Assembly (NCBI GenBank): GCA_016710765.1 | Contig: JADJUJ010000024.1 | Coordinates: forward strand, 2,919-66,918 | Length of the DNA: 64,000 nt | Reading direction: 5' to 3' | Source of the DNA: Lewinellaceae bacterium | Lineage (GTDB): Bacteria; Bacteroidota; Bacteroidia; Chitinophagales; Saprospiraceae | Shown here: in pieces, positions 41,060 through 51,226 of the stretch | Numbering within the stretch: the stretch's first letter is position 1 | How the letters are laid out: each line of letters opens with the position of its first letter | The notes under the pieces: generated by a model | The model's database searches: none | What the model was told of the DNA's origin: nothing | The model's input: the letters and a program-made list of their open reading frames with translations, nothing else | Translations under genes and position numbers: made by a program

Positions 41060-42866
41060 ATGCCCAAAATCCTCGGTATCTCCGCTTTCTACCACGATGC
41101 AGCCGCAGCCTTGGTGGTAGACGGCGTGGTGGTGGCTGCGGCCCAGGAGGAGCGTTTTACCCGGGTAAAGCACACACCCGATTTTCCTGTGCTGGCCATC
41201 CGGTATTGCCTGGAGGAAGCTGGTTTGACCGTGGATGAATTGGATGCGGTGGTGTTTTACGACAAGCCGTTGCTCAAATTCGAGCGATTGCTGGAAACGT
41301 ACTACGCCTTTGCGCCACGTGGATTGGTTTCCTTCCTGCAGGCCATTCCGGTGTGGCTGCACGACAAGTTGTTTCTGAAAAGTAGGATCCGGGAGGGTTT
41401 GCGGGAACTGGGTCCTTACGATGAAAAGCGCCTGAAACTGTTGTTTTCCGAACACCATTTGTCGCACGCAGCCTCGGCGTTTTATCCTTCTCCTTTTGAA
41501 TCGGCCGCGGTGCTGACCATCGATGGGGTGGGAGAGTGGGCCACCGCGACGATCGCCCGGGGGCAGGGCCGGAACCTGGAGATTTTGAAAGAACTGCATT
41601 TTCCCCATTCTGTGGGCTTGTTGTACAGTGCTTTTACCGGATACCTGGGGTTCAGGGTCAATTCCGGGGAGTACAAGTTGATGGGGCTGGCGCCGTATGG
41701 TAACGCTGCCGATCCGCAAGTGGGCGAATTTGTGCAGCTGATAAAAGAAGAGATGCTGCAAATCTATCCGGATGGCTCGATTTGGCTCAACCAGGCCTAT
41801 TTTCGCTATGCCACCGGCCTGCGCATGTACCAGAAGGGCAAGTGGCAGGCGCTGTTTGGCTTTCCGCCCCGGACCCGGAATCGGCGCTTGAACAACAACA
41901 CTGCAACCTGGCGCTGGCCATTCAGCAAGTAACAGAAGAGATCGTGCTGAAAATGGCAGTTGAGGCCAAGAGATTGACAGGTGCGTCGCGGATTTGTCTG
42001 GCTGGCGGTGTAGCGCTCAATTGCGTGGCCAATGGCCGTTTGCGCGATGCGGAGTTGTTTGATGACATCTACGTGCAGCCAGCTGCTGGCGATGCCGGTG
42101 GCGCATTGGGGGCTGCTTTGGCTATAGAGCATTTGTTTTTTGAAAAAGAAAGCAACAATCGGAACGCACTGTCATGCAGGGCGCCTACCTCGGTCCCGCG
42201 TTTTCCGATGCGGAGATTGAGCAAATGGCCAGGAGAAACAGGGCTGTTTTTCGCAAGATTCATGCTGATGCTGAATTGCTGGAAGCGGTGACTTCAAATC
42301 TGGCCAATGGCCAGGTAGTCGGCTGGTTTCAGGGGCGCATGGAGTTTGGCCCACGGGCCCTCGGCAACCGCAGCATCCTGGCTGATGCCGGCAGCGCGGA
42401 CATGCAGCAAAGGCTTAACCTTAGCATCAAGTATCGGGAGAGTTTTCGGCCTTTTGCGCCAGCGGTTCCAGTGGAATCTGCGCATTTGTATTTTGAAATG
42501 GAACAGCCCTCGCCGTACATGTTGTTCACTGCGCAGGTAAAGGCTGGGCTTCGCCAAAATTATCCCGCTGGCTCCGATAACTGGACCATGCAACAAAAAT
42601 TGGCGTTTCCGAAAAGTACCTTGCCGGCGGTTACACACCTGGATTATTCTGCACGGGTACAGACGGTTTCGGAATCCGAAAACCCGCGATTTTACGCTTT
42701 ATTACAGGCTTTTGGGCAAAAAACGGGTTATCCAGTGCTGGTCAATACCAGTTTTAATGTTCGGGGGGAGCCCATCGTTGGCACCCCAGAAGATGCCTGG
42801 CATTGCTTTCTGGCCACAGAAATGGATTGTCTCGTGATTGAAAATTATATATTTGCTAAAGAATAA
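41060..42866 (+). CDS. NodU/CmcH-family carbamoyltransferase; frame broken twice
   Basis: MPKILGISAFYHDAAAALVVDG..AAQEERFTR.KH. LAGGVALNCVANG. The C-terminal block reads VLVNTSFNVRGEPIV. Three overlapping ORFs: 41060-41932, 41782-42291 and 42174-42866. Confidence 0.85.
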
Positions 42867-42890
42867 TACAAATAAGTTGGCTTGCACGTT

Positions 42891-43101
42891 CGAGAGATGT
42901 CTCTTTACAGTCGACTGGATGGGTGAGAATGTTTTTAAAAAGATGTCTCCTTTCAGTCGACATGATTGGTGATACAACAATGAAAATAAAGATGTCTCCT
43001 TGCAGTCGACATGACACGTGATACTTTTAATGTTGTGCGATGCATCGCATCGAACAACCACAATAGGACGACCCGTCATGTCGACTGAAAGGAGACATCT
43101 C
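42891..43101. repeat. Foldback element built from a 25-mer: three direct copies and one inverted copy
   Basis: agatgtctcctttcagtcgacatga at 42894 (variant), 42940 and 42989 (1 mismatch). The exact reverse complement is at 43075-43099. A central palindrome tgcgatgcatcgca is present. Confidence 0.85.
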
Positions 43102-43139
43102 TCAATTATTTACGCAACTAAAAAATCTTGAACAACCCA

Positions 43140-43290
43140 CATGGAAATACTGCGCGACTTATGGCTCTTCCTTCGGGAGCGGAAAAAATTCTGGCTGGCG
43201 CCGCTGGTCATGGTACTGTTGATTCTCGGGGTAGTTATTGCGCTCGGGGCAGGGAGTGCATTCGCGCCGTTTATTTATTCGATTTTTTGA
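43140..43290 (+). CDS. DUF5989-like small membrane protein; frame broken once
   Basis: MEILRDLWLFLRERKKFWLAP then LVMVLLILGVVIALGAGSAFAPFIYSIF* if CCC 43200-43202 is CC. This matches the small partner of carbamoyltransferases as I recall it. Confidence 0.6.
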
Positions 43291-43291
43291 G

Positions 43292-43645
43292 GTGAAAAAA
43301 ACATACGAACATATTCTGGCCATCGTCACCAGCTTTGTAGCGCTGTCCTGGTACACCGGTCAGCACTGGCTGTTGGGCGCTGCGGTACTCATCGGACTGG
43401 CTGCTTTGTTTTCCAGGCAATTGGCCGATTTAATGGCGAGCGTTTGGATGGGACTGGCCGAGATGCTGGGCCGCATCGTTCCAAGGTTGCTGCTAACACT
43501 CATCTATTTTCTGCTGCTGCTTCCTCTGGCCTTGCTGTCGCGTGTAGGCGGAAAGGACCAATTGCTGTTGAAAAAACCGACTAAAACCGCATTTAAAGAC
43601 CGCAACAAAACCTTTGATCCGTCAGATTTTTATAAAACATGGTAA
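43292..43645 (+). CDS. SxtJ-family-like small membrane protein
   Basis: GTG start directly after the previous stop. About 117 aa with two or three TM helices. Its position matches the carbamoyltransferase/DUF5989/SxtJ arrangement. Confidence 0.55.
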   Translation: MKKTYEHILAIVTSFVALSWYTGQHWLLGAAVLIGLAALFSRQLADLMASVWMGLAEMLGRIVPRLLLTLIYFLLLLPLALLSRVGGKDQLLLKKPTKTAFKDRNKTFDPSDFYKTW

Positions 43646-44628
43646 AGCGCTGGTTGAAAAAAGGGGCTTATCTCTTGTGGTTGATCATAATGGTGATCGG
43701 ACTGCTGGAAATTGCATACCGCTACCAGTGGGTCGATTTTTACCACACAGAACGGGTACTGCTCAACCCCAAACCACATGGTAAGGGAATGAAAATCCTG
43801 GTACTTGGCGATTCCTTTACGGCCAATACCGACAGTTACGTGGATGTCCTGCGCGACAGCATGCCCGAAGCCGATGTGCGCAATGCTGCACTACCGGGTG
43901 TAGGTATTCGGGAAATGAGCGCGGTGGCAGCCAGGCGCCTGCAGGAATTTCAACCGGATGTGTTGATTTACCAGTTTTACACCGGCAATGATCTGTGGGA
44001 TATCCGCAAAACCACCAGTTCTGTGCAGATCCCGCTTTGGCGAAACCTGGATTGGAAAGCAACGGATTACAGCCTTTTTTTGCGCTACCTGAACTATAAA
44101 TCGGGCCAGTTAAAGGCTGTAGCAGGCGTAGGTCTGGATACGCTGCAATGGCGCCAGGAGCCGGTTTTTGCCGTTGATCGCTACAATGCCCGGGAGAAAA
44201 TTATTTTTCGGGCAGAGCCTGATTTGATTCAAAATACGATCGGATTAATGGGCAAACGCGCATCGGACTTTGCCTGCTGGACCCAAAAAATGGACGAGAT
44301 ATTGAGCAACCTTCCTTCCACCACCAATAAGGTCATTCTTTTGGTGATTCCGCATTGTGCACAAGTCGCTCCAAAATACCAGGAGCGTATGGCCATGCTC
44401 GGCGCTAAGCCTTTCGGAAGCAGTGAATTGGATCTTGATTTTCCTTTGTTAAACGCCATGAAACAACACTATCGGAACGACAACCGCGTGCAAGTGATTT
44501 CTGTTTTGCCGGCATTACAACAGGCCGAGGCGGCCGGCTCAGCGGTCTATTATGAAAACGATCCGCATTTAAACAAAGCCGGGCAGGAAATATGTGGGAA
44601 AGCGCTGTGGAAGGCCTGGGAGGATTGA
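43639..44628 (+). CDS. SGNH/GDSL-type hydrolase-fold protein with an N-terminal TM helix
   Basis: ILVLGDSFTAN (block I) and ENDPHLNKAG (block V, DxxH). Confidence 0.7.
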   Translation: MVKRWLKKGAYLLWLIIMVIGLLEIAYRYQWVDFYHTERVLLNPKPHGKGMKILVLGDSFTANTDSYVDVLRDSMPEADVRNAALPGVGIREMSAVAARRLQEFQPDVLIYQFYTGNDLWDIRKTTSSVQIPLWRNLDWKATDYSLFLRYLNYKSGQLKAVAGVGLDTLQWRQEPVFAVDRYNAREKIIFRAEPDLIQNTIGLMGKRASDFACWTQKMDEILSNLPSTTNKVILLVIPHCAQVAPKYQERMAMLGAKPFGSSELDLDFPLLNAMKQHYRNDNRVQVISVLPALQQAEAAGSAVYYENDPHLNKAGQEICGKALWKAWED

Positions 44629-44718
44629 TTATCGAAGGCAGCCCTGCAGGGGTAGTTTATGGTCGGCGCAGAAGTAGGGATTTTCTCCTTACATTTATCC
44701 GAATCAACTTTTCCAGCA

Positions 44719-47700
44719 ATGAAAATTCAATCCACCCGCCTGCACGTTCTTTGTCTCTTTTTGTTGCTCAATATCTGGTTGCCCGAAGCCCAGAGCCAGT
44801 GTACCTTCACCGAAGTTACCGTCAATTCCACTACGGTAAACTACGGCGATGAAATGAGTTGGGAACTGCACGACAGCACCGGTACCCTGGTAGCCAACTG
44901 GCAGGGCCAGAACAACAACCAAAGTGAAACGCAGGTACTTTGCCTGCCCGATGGCTGTTATACCCTCACAGCGCTCGACAGCTATGGTGACGGCTGGAAT
45001 GGTGGGACCGTCTCGATGACATGGAATACTGGCGCACAGAATTTTAGCCTGCCCGACGGCGCGCTGCAATACTATTATTTTGGTGTAAATGCGGGTAATT
45101 GCACGCCACAAATCCCTGGTTGTACCGACCCATCTGCCTTCAATTACAATCCGCAGGCGACCATTGACGACGGTTCCTGTCAGATGCTTAGCGATGTAGC
45201 CGCTGCCCAGATTTTTGACACCATCATTTATTCCGGACCAAAGGACAACCGCATCAACTGGGTGATTCAAAACCGCAGCACGGGTAACCCGAACAACGAT
45301 TTTCAGGGCGCCGCCGATTTGCGCAGCGACCTGGAACAAAGCCTGATTCCCGCCTTTACCCTCAACGATCCAGGCGCTAAGGTTCCCTATGCACAGTACC
45401 GGAATTTTTTCAACCTCTACGCCGCCTGGTGGCCCGATGCACCCAGTGAAGAAACCTGGTGGAGTTTTAGCCTGATTCAACAATTGCGCAATGAAATTTT
45501 TCTCCCCTGGGGCAACAACGAAACAGGCTGGGTTACCTGGTTTTCTACCATAAAATACGGAGGCGGCGGCGGCGCAGGGCTCAACCGCGATGCCAGGGTA
45601 GGGGACGGAAAAATGTATGGTACCGATTTTGAAACCCTGCTCCATGAATTTGGCCATACCATGCCCGGACTCCTCGACGAGTACACTTCCAGCGGCGAAT
45701 GGTCGGGCAACAAATGCTTTGAAACGCCCAATACCACCGGATTTACCATAAAAGACAGCATCCCCTGGCGCAAATGGATCCCCGATAACGTTCCCCTGCC
45801 TACGCCTTATGATGGCAACTACGACGATGTGGTGGCAGCATTCGAGGGCGGGCTCACCAACTACTTCGGCTGCCACAGGCCCACGGCAAAAGGCTGCTAC
45901 ATGGGGGCTGGCGGCTTTGGCGAAGGTTACGGACAGGACCTGTGCGCACCTTGTGCACAGCGGGTTATTTGCATGTTGTACAAATACGTGAATGTGATTG
46001 AAAACCCCATTCCTGCCAATACGAACCTTGCGGTTAATGGCCCCGAAACCATTACGTTTTCCGCAGATGTGGTGGCGCCAGAGCCAAATACGCAGGTATA
46101 CGCCTGGTATTTGAATGGCAAAAAGATTGCAGAGAACACCACCTCGGTGGAAGTCGCCTTTGGCAGCTGTGATGCCTATCAGTTGAAATTCACGGTGACC
46201 GATACCACACCGCTGGTGCGTTATGATGAAAAATTTGACGCGATTTACCCCAAGCCGTACCGGGAACACATTTGGACTATTGACCAAACGACTGTCAGCA
46301 GTTACAACCTGCAAACTACCGCGCAGGTGACCAGTGCCGATTGCACTGGCGCCGACAATGCCATCGTGACGCTGAGCCCCACGGGCGGACAAGCGCCCTA
46401 CGAATTTTGGCTGGATGGCCAACAAGTACCGAATCCGGTGAATAACCTGGCGCCAGGTATGTACGGTATTGTGGTGGTGGATGCGCAAAATTGCGCGGTG
46501 GAAAAAACCGTTCAGGCCACACGCGATGCCCTGCTCGATCTGTCCATTTGTTCGGTAGACAATGGCAATTGGGATGTTGCAGTGCAATCAAAAAATTACG
46601 ATGTGGGTACGCTCGATTTACTTTGGTCGACGGGTGGTACAGGCCCATCGCTTTTGGGTGTTCCTGATGGGAATTATACCCTGACGGCAAATGCCAATGG
46701 CTGTGTGGTTACACAGGATTTTAGTTTGGAGAGTACCCCGCAACCGCTTATGGCAACGGAGCGTTTCTTCCCTTCGGAAATGGGTAAATCTACCGGCACG
46801 TTCTACGTAGAAGCCAGCGGTGGTGTACAGCCCTATCAAATTGAATGGTACGATCGGTTGATGGCGGATCAAACCAATGCAGATCCCGCACAGATCCTGT
46901 TCAGTGGCACCACCTGGGGGCATTTGCCAGAAATGGCTTTTGATAACAACCTGAACACCAAGTGGTTGCACGCCGTGAACAGCAATGCCTGGATAGGGTA
47001 TCAAATTTTCACAGCCCACTACTATTGCCTACTACACCATCACCTCTGCGGATGATGTGCCCGAGCGCGACCCGCAAAGCTGGATCATGCAGGGCTCCAA
47101 CGATGGGAACAACTGGGTTCCACTGGATACCCGCAGCAACGAGGACTTTCCGAATCGCTTCCAACAGCGTGCTTTTCCCATTTCCAGTCCGGCGCCATAC
47201 ACACACTACCGGCTTTTTGTCACGGAGAGTGCTGGCGCCAATGAAATTCAATTGGAGGAAGTGGAGCTGGTAGGCACCGACCCCAACGGCGCTTTTTTCC
47301 ACAATGTGGCGTTTGACGGCCATTTTAGTCGCACCAAACTGGCGCCTGGCGATTACCGCTACGAAATCAGCGATGCCTCGGCCACCTGTGCTTCAGCGGA
47401 GCACAACGTGGCAGCTTTTGTACCCATTACCGCCAGCGGATTAAAAGTAGTGCAGGATGGAAACTGTGGTGTAGCCGTTGAAACACCCATTGCCGGTTAC
47501 GATTATTACTGGCTTTCTGATGAAATAGGGACAGCCCTTTTGGGCGAAGGCGCCAGTTTCCAGCCACCACACGCGGGTAATTTTTATGTTACGGCGGCAC
47601 CTTCGGGCACCGGGCAATGGAGCAGTAACCGCAGAGGGTTTGCTGTTACCATGCCCGCCACGCCGGAAGTGACGGATCTGGGGAATGGACAACTGGCGGT

Positions 47701-48767
47701 GGTTAACCCTGCGCCGGAAACCGCCTATTTGTGGTACGACAGCGACAATTGTGGTGTGCCCTTGCAGGTGGGCAATACTTACAATCCGGGCCCACAGGCG
47801 GCAGATTTTTATATTGCCGCCATCAGTACCATCGATTTTCCCGATCCGATTGACCCGGCCACCATTCCAGGGCTTTTGTTGCGCATGGATGCCGCCGACC
47901 TCAATGGCGATGGCATGATTGACGATCCTGCCCCGCCCACCAGTTCGGTGCTCGACTGGTATTTTCCCACCGGAAATAAATGGGCCGAGAACAACTGGTT
48001 TGCCTACCGCAGCAATTACCAGAATGGATTGGGCATTGCAGATTGGGCCACCCTATGGCTGCAGCGCATCCAAAATGCCCAAAACAATTTTCAAACCGTG
48101 ATCATGGCTTATCAGGAAAACGAATTGTCCTGGGATAAAACGGCACCCTTTGATGCCCTTTCTACCACCATGCCCCGGCATTCGGATGCTTCGGCTGTTT
48201 TCAAACGATGCGCCCGCTTCCACATTAAATGGTGTTACCTACCTGAACGGGCAAGAAGTTGACCCGCTTACAACCAGCAATCCCATGGCATTTTGTGTGC
48301 TGGGCTCGGTGTTTACCGCGCCGTCCACGGCCTCTATTTTTTATACCGATACCCATTGGGAAGGAAAGGTGGGCGAATTACTCTTTTTCGACCACGATTT
48401 ATCAGATGCGCAAATGAAGGGCGTATCGGAATTCCTACGGCAGAAATGGATCAGTACAGCCGACCTGATGAGCCCGAAGCTTAAATACCATTGGCCTGGG
48501 ACCACCCGGCTGGAAGAAGATGTTCCCGAAAATACCTTTGTGACAATGTATCCAAATCCCGTGAGCGGCACTTTGTTTTTAGAGCGGTCAGACTCAGAGG
48601 CGTTGCAAGTTGAGATATACAATGCCGAAGGAAAGCTGTTTAGGTCCAAAATTTGGAATGGAACGAAACAATTAGAAGATGTGTCCGATTTACCTTCGGG
48701 CTTTTACTGGATCAGGTTTCGCGGCGTTGGTGGGATGGAGCAAGTGGCGCGATTTGTTAAAATGTAG
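44719..48767 (+). CDS. Very large secreted M64-like zinc metalloprotease with a discoidin (F5/8 type C) domain and a T9SS C-terminal sorting domain; frame broken twice
   Basis: Signal peptide MKIQSTRLHVLCLFLLLNIWLPEAQS. LLHEFGHTMPGLLDEY. ..ERDPQSWIMQGSNDGNNW... The C-terminal domain reads MYPNPVSGTLFLE...LPSGFYWIRF. ORFs 44659-47055, 47057-48262 and 48150-48767. Confidence 0.75.
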
Positions 48768-48916
48768 GGTGGAGGTTTATGGTGCCCGTGGTCCTTGTTA
48801 TTTTTCCAATCGGCCACTCTGGCTTTAACCGGCCAGATGCTGAAAATATAGTTTAAATCCGAACATGTTCTAAACTGGACTTTAGCCATATCGAAACTAG
48901 AATCAATCTTATTTTT

Positions 48917-49594
48917 TTACAACGGCAAAGCTCCATTCCACAATGCCATACCAAAATGAAAACCGATGGTAAAGTCTGGAAATCGGCTCCTGCCTGGGGC
49001 GATTTCAAAATTGATGAATTCCCAATCTAAAAACTCTGTTGCATCTGCTGGAAGATCCCTGCTCACCTGGTAGTACAAAGCACCGAGATACAGATAGGGT
49101 TCGAAAAACACTTGCTTCTTTTTCCCGGCAAAAAATTGCCATCCACATCGGCCACCTATGCCAAGGGCGCGTACGTGCCGTTCGATGGGGAGTATTTCGA
49201 GATACTGACCGCCTTGCCGCAACACCTGCTCCAGACTGACGTGCCGAATGTTGTTGTATTTTCCTTCTGCGCCAAAATGAAACACATAACGCTTGGAAGT
49301 TATGCCATAATACTTGAAGCCGGTTCGAAGGCGGAGCCCCTGGTAACTTTCTCCTTGGGTTCGCGCCAATACGCTGGAACCCAAAAATGCGCCTACACCA
49401 AGATCAATGCTCGCTTTAGGCCCCAATCGTACATCGCTGGCAAAGGCAACCGCTTCCTTGAGGGGGTTGATCAGGGAAATAATGTTGGTCTTAAAAGTCA
49501 GTTTCGGCACCAAGGGCCCCGGATGCGCCAACGTATCGGATTGTGCACACAGGCCGCGCGCACTTAACAGGAGCAGGACAAATAGTACGCGCAT
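48917..49594 (-). CDS. Putative outer-membrane beta-barrel protein
   Basis: Signal peptide MRVLFVLLLLSARGLCAQ, alternating beta-strand-like pattern, and an aromatic C-terminal region. Confidence 0.5.
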   Translation of the reverse strand: MRVLFVLLLLSARGLCAQSDTLAHPGPLVPKLTFKTNIISLINPLKEAVAFASDVRLGPKASIDLGVGAFLGSSVLARTQGESYQGLRLRTGFKYYGITSKRYVFHFGAEGKYNNIRHVSLEQVLRQGGQYLEILPIERHVRALGIGGRCGWQFFAGKKKQVFFEPYLYLGALYYQVSRDLPADATEFLDWEFINFEIAPGRSRFPDFTIGFHFGMALWNGALPL

Positions 49595-50356
49595 TTATTT
49601 CGTGATTTGTCCGACGCGTTTTACCACCGGGAAGTTGCTGAGATCAAAAATTTGAAAATCCGAACCAGTAGAAACAATCATCTTGTTTCCTGCCACAATC
49701 AGGTCGATTGGATCGGAAATCTCGATGGATTGGTTGGGCAAATAGTCCAACGCCAGTGGGTCAGCAATATCAAAAACTTCCAGGCGGTTGGCGCCCTGGT
49801 CGCAAACAAACAGGTAATGGTCTTTGTACCCCAGTCCGTTGGGAAGGTTAAGGGGTAGTCGCCAACCAGGAGAGGGGCATTTTTGTCCAGATACATCGTA
49901 CACCAGCAAGGCACTTTCTGTTCCAATATTTCCGCAGATGTTCCGGATGATTTTTACCGTTGAATAGGCATACTGCTCCTTCACCACTACCGGGTCGCAG
50001 CCGCCCTGAAAGCTGCCTTCCCGGATGGTTTCTGATTGAATTTCGGGTGCTGCCGGGTTGGAAATATCCAAAATATAAAGGGCCGTTGTAGAACCCAGGT
50101 AAATGGCATTGTCGTAAATAAATATGGTCTCCAGGCCGTAATCGGTGGTAAGCCGGTTTACCAATACGGGCTTGTCCGGATCTGCAAGGTCGTAGGTCAG
50201 TACCTCATTGGGATTGAGCAGGTACATGAAATTGTTGTACACGGCAAATCGGGTAATCGAACCGGATTGCCCTCCAGAAACGGCTTCTGTAAAACTTCCC
50301 TCTTTTGAACAGGCGGCCAAAAGTAAAATGGCAATAAAGGATACTTGTTTGAGCAT
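49595..50356 (-). CDS. LVIVD-repeat lipoprotein
   Basis: Lipobox LLLAAC. Repeated LxxxD(I/V/L)(S/A)(D/N)P motifs (LTYDLADP, LYILDISNP, LLVYDVS, LEVFDIADP, FQIFDLSN). Confidence 0.7.
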   Translation of the reverse strand: MLKQVSFIAILLLAACSKEGSFTEAVSGGQSGSITRFAVYNNFMYLLNPNEVLTYDLADPDKPVLVNRLTTDYGLETIFIYDNAIYLGSTTALYILDISNPAAPEIQSETIREGSFQGGCDPVVVKEQYAYSTVKIIRNICGNIGTESALLVYDVSGQKCPSPGWRLPLNLPNGLGYKDHYLFVCDQGANRLEVFDIADPLALDYLPNQSIEISDPIDLIVAGNKMIVSTGSDFQIFDLSNFPVVKRVGQITK

Positions 50357-50366
50357 GGCTATGGTG

Positions 50367-50909
50367 TTAGTTAAGGGTCCTGCAACTGACGGTTTCGAGT
50401 TCCGCCGTTTCCCAACCGACGACTGCGCCCCGGGATTCATCCACACACTCAAAAATGCCGTTGTACAAGGGCGGGGAGAGCAGGGGCGAAAACACATCGG
50501 TTTGCCGGTTGAGCAGCTTGACCTGGAGTATGTTGCTGATGTCGATGGTCAGAAGATCCTTCCAACTGTCGGCATACAGCCGTGTTCCCGAAACGGTAAA
50601 ATCACTGATGGCGGGAATTTTGATAAAGGTGAGGTAGTCGAAATTCAAGCTGTCTTTTACAAAGTAAACGTGGATGCCTTTTTTCTGCTCCAGGATAAAA
50701 AACAGTGAATCTTGTAAAAAGATGGTGCCGGTTTGTTCCAGGGCTTGTTCGGGCAGGTTGCCAACGTTTGACAATTCGGATACGGGCAGGTAAACCGGGC
50801 GCAATCCGGTGCCGCTAAAACCCTCAGCGGGTTCTTTGGTGCAGGCCGCCAGGGAAAGACCCGTGTAAAAAGCCAAGGCAATGTATATCAGGTAGTACGC
50901 CAGTTTCAT
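50367..50909 (-). CDS. Lipoprotein, LVIVD-like N-terminal partner
   Basis: Lipobox LSLAAC. LLTIDISN motif. Co-oriented and nearly abutting the previous gene. Confidence 0.55.
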   Translation of the reverse strand: MKLAYYLIYIALAFYTGLSLAACTKEPAEGFSGTGLRPVYLPVSELSNVGNLPEQALEQTGTIFLQDSLFFILEQKKGIHVYFVKDSLNFDYLTFIKIPAISDFTVSGTRLYADSWKDLLTIDISNILQVKLLNRQTDVFSPLLSPPLYNGIFECVDESRGAVVGWETAELETVSCRTLN

Positions 50910-51076
50910 GGGTAGGGTTGGTCAGGAATGGAATCAGGCAACTAAGGTAAGGCGTGGAACCGAGTGCACGCAGTATTTTAACATTATCGAAACAAAATCA
51001 ATTGCCAGCCATGGGGCAATCGCTGAAAGACAGCAAATGTTTGACAAATAACAGGATTATCAAAAAACAGGCCTAT

Positions 51077-51195
51077 ATTAGCCATCACACTACAGGACAT
51101 TTTATAAAATAGCAGCCCTAATGTGCCTAATGTGGCTTGTCTCATGTGCCCTAATGTGGTTAATTCAAAAAATGTCCAGTAGTGTGATTAGCCAT
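51077..51195. promoter_or_regulatory. Inverted repeat bracketing three CCTAATGTG repeats, 32 nt upstream of the CIS operon start
   Basis: attagccat-cacactacaggacatttt (51077-51103) pairs with aaaatgtccagtagtgtg-attagccat (51169-51195). The spacer contains cctaatgtg three times. Confidence 0.5.
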
Positions 51196-51226
51196 AAAGA
51201 CTTTTACAAACAGGCCTTCCCTTTTT

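Noticed and set aside
40862-41761. A 299-codon minus-strand ORF opposite the carbamoyltransferase gene. Similar antisense ORFs lie at 35572-36492, 22550-23398, 18324-19025 and 8691-9449.
   Set aside because: Each one overlaps a well-supported sense gene (desaturase, nqrD/E, hemH, GH25). Their products are R/G/H/P-rich and low in complexity, with no known motifs.
42891-43101. Spaced 25-bp repeats as a small CRISPR array
   Set aside because: There are only three direct copies, with 21-24-nt spacers. The fourth copy is inverted. No cas genes or leader are present. The architecture fits a foldback or MITE element.
44704-46587. A 627-codon ORF on the minus strand, antisense to the M64-like protease gene
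   Set aside because: It has no recognisable motifs. It lies entirely opposite a gene with clear protease and T9SS signatures. Long stop-free antisense frames are a known by-product of codon bias in the sense gene.
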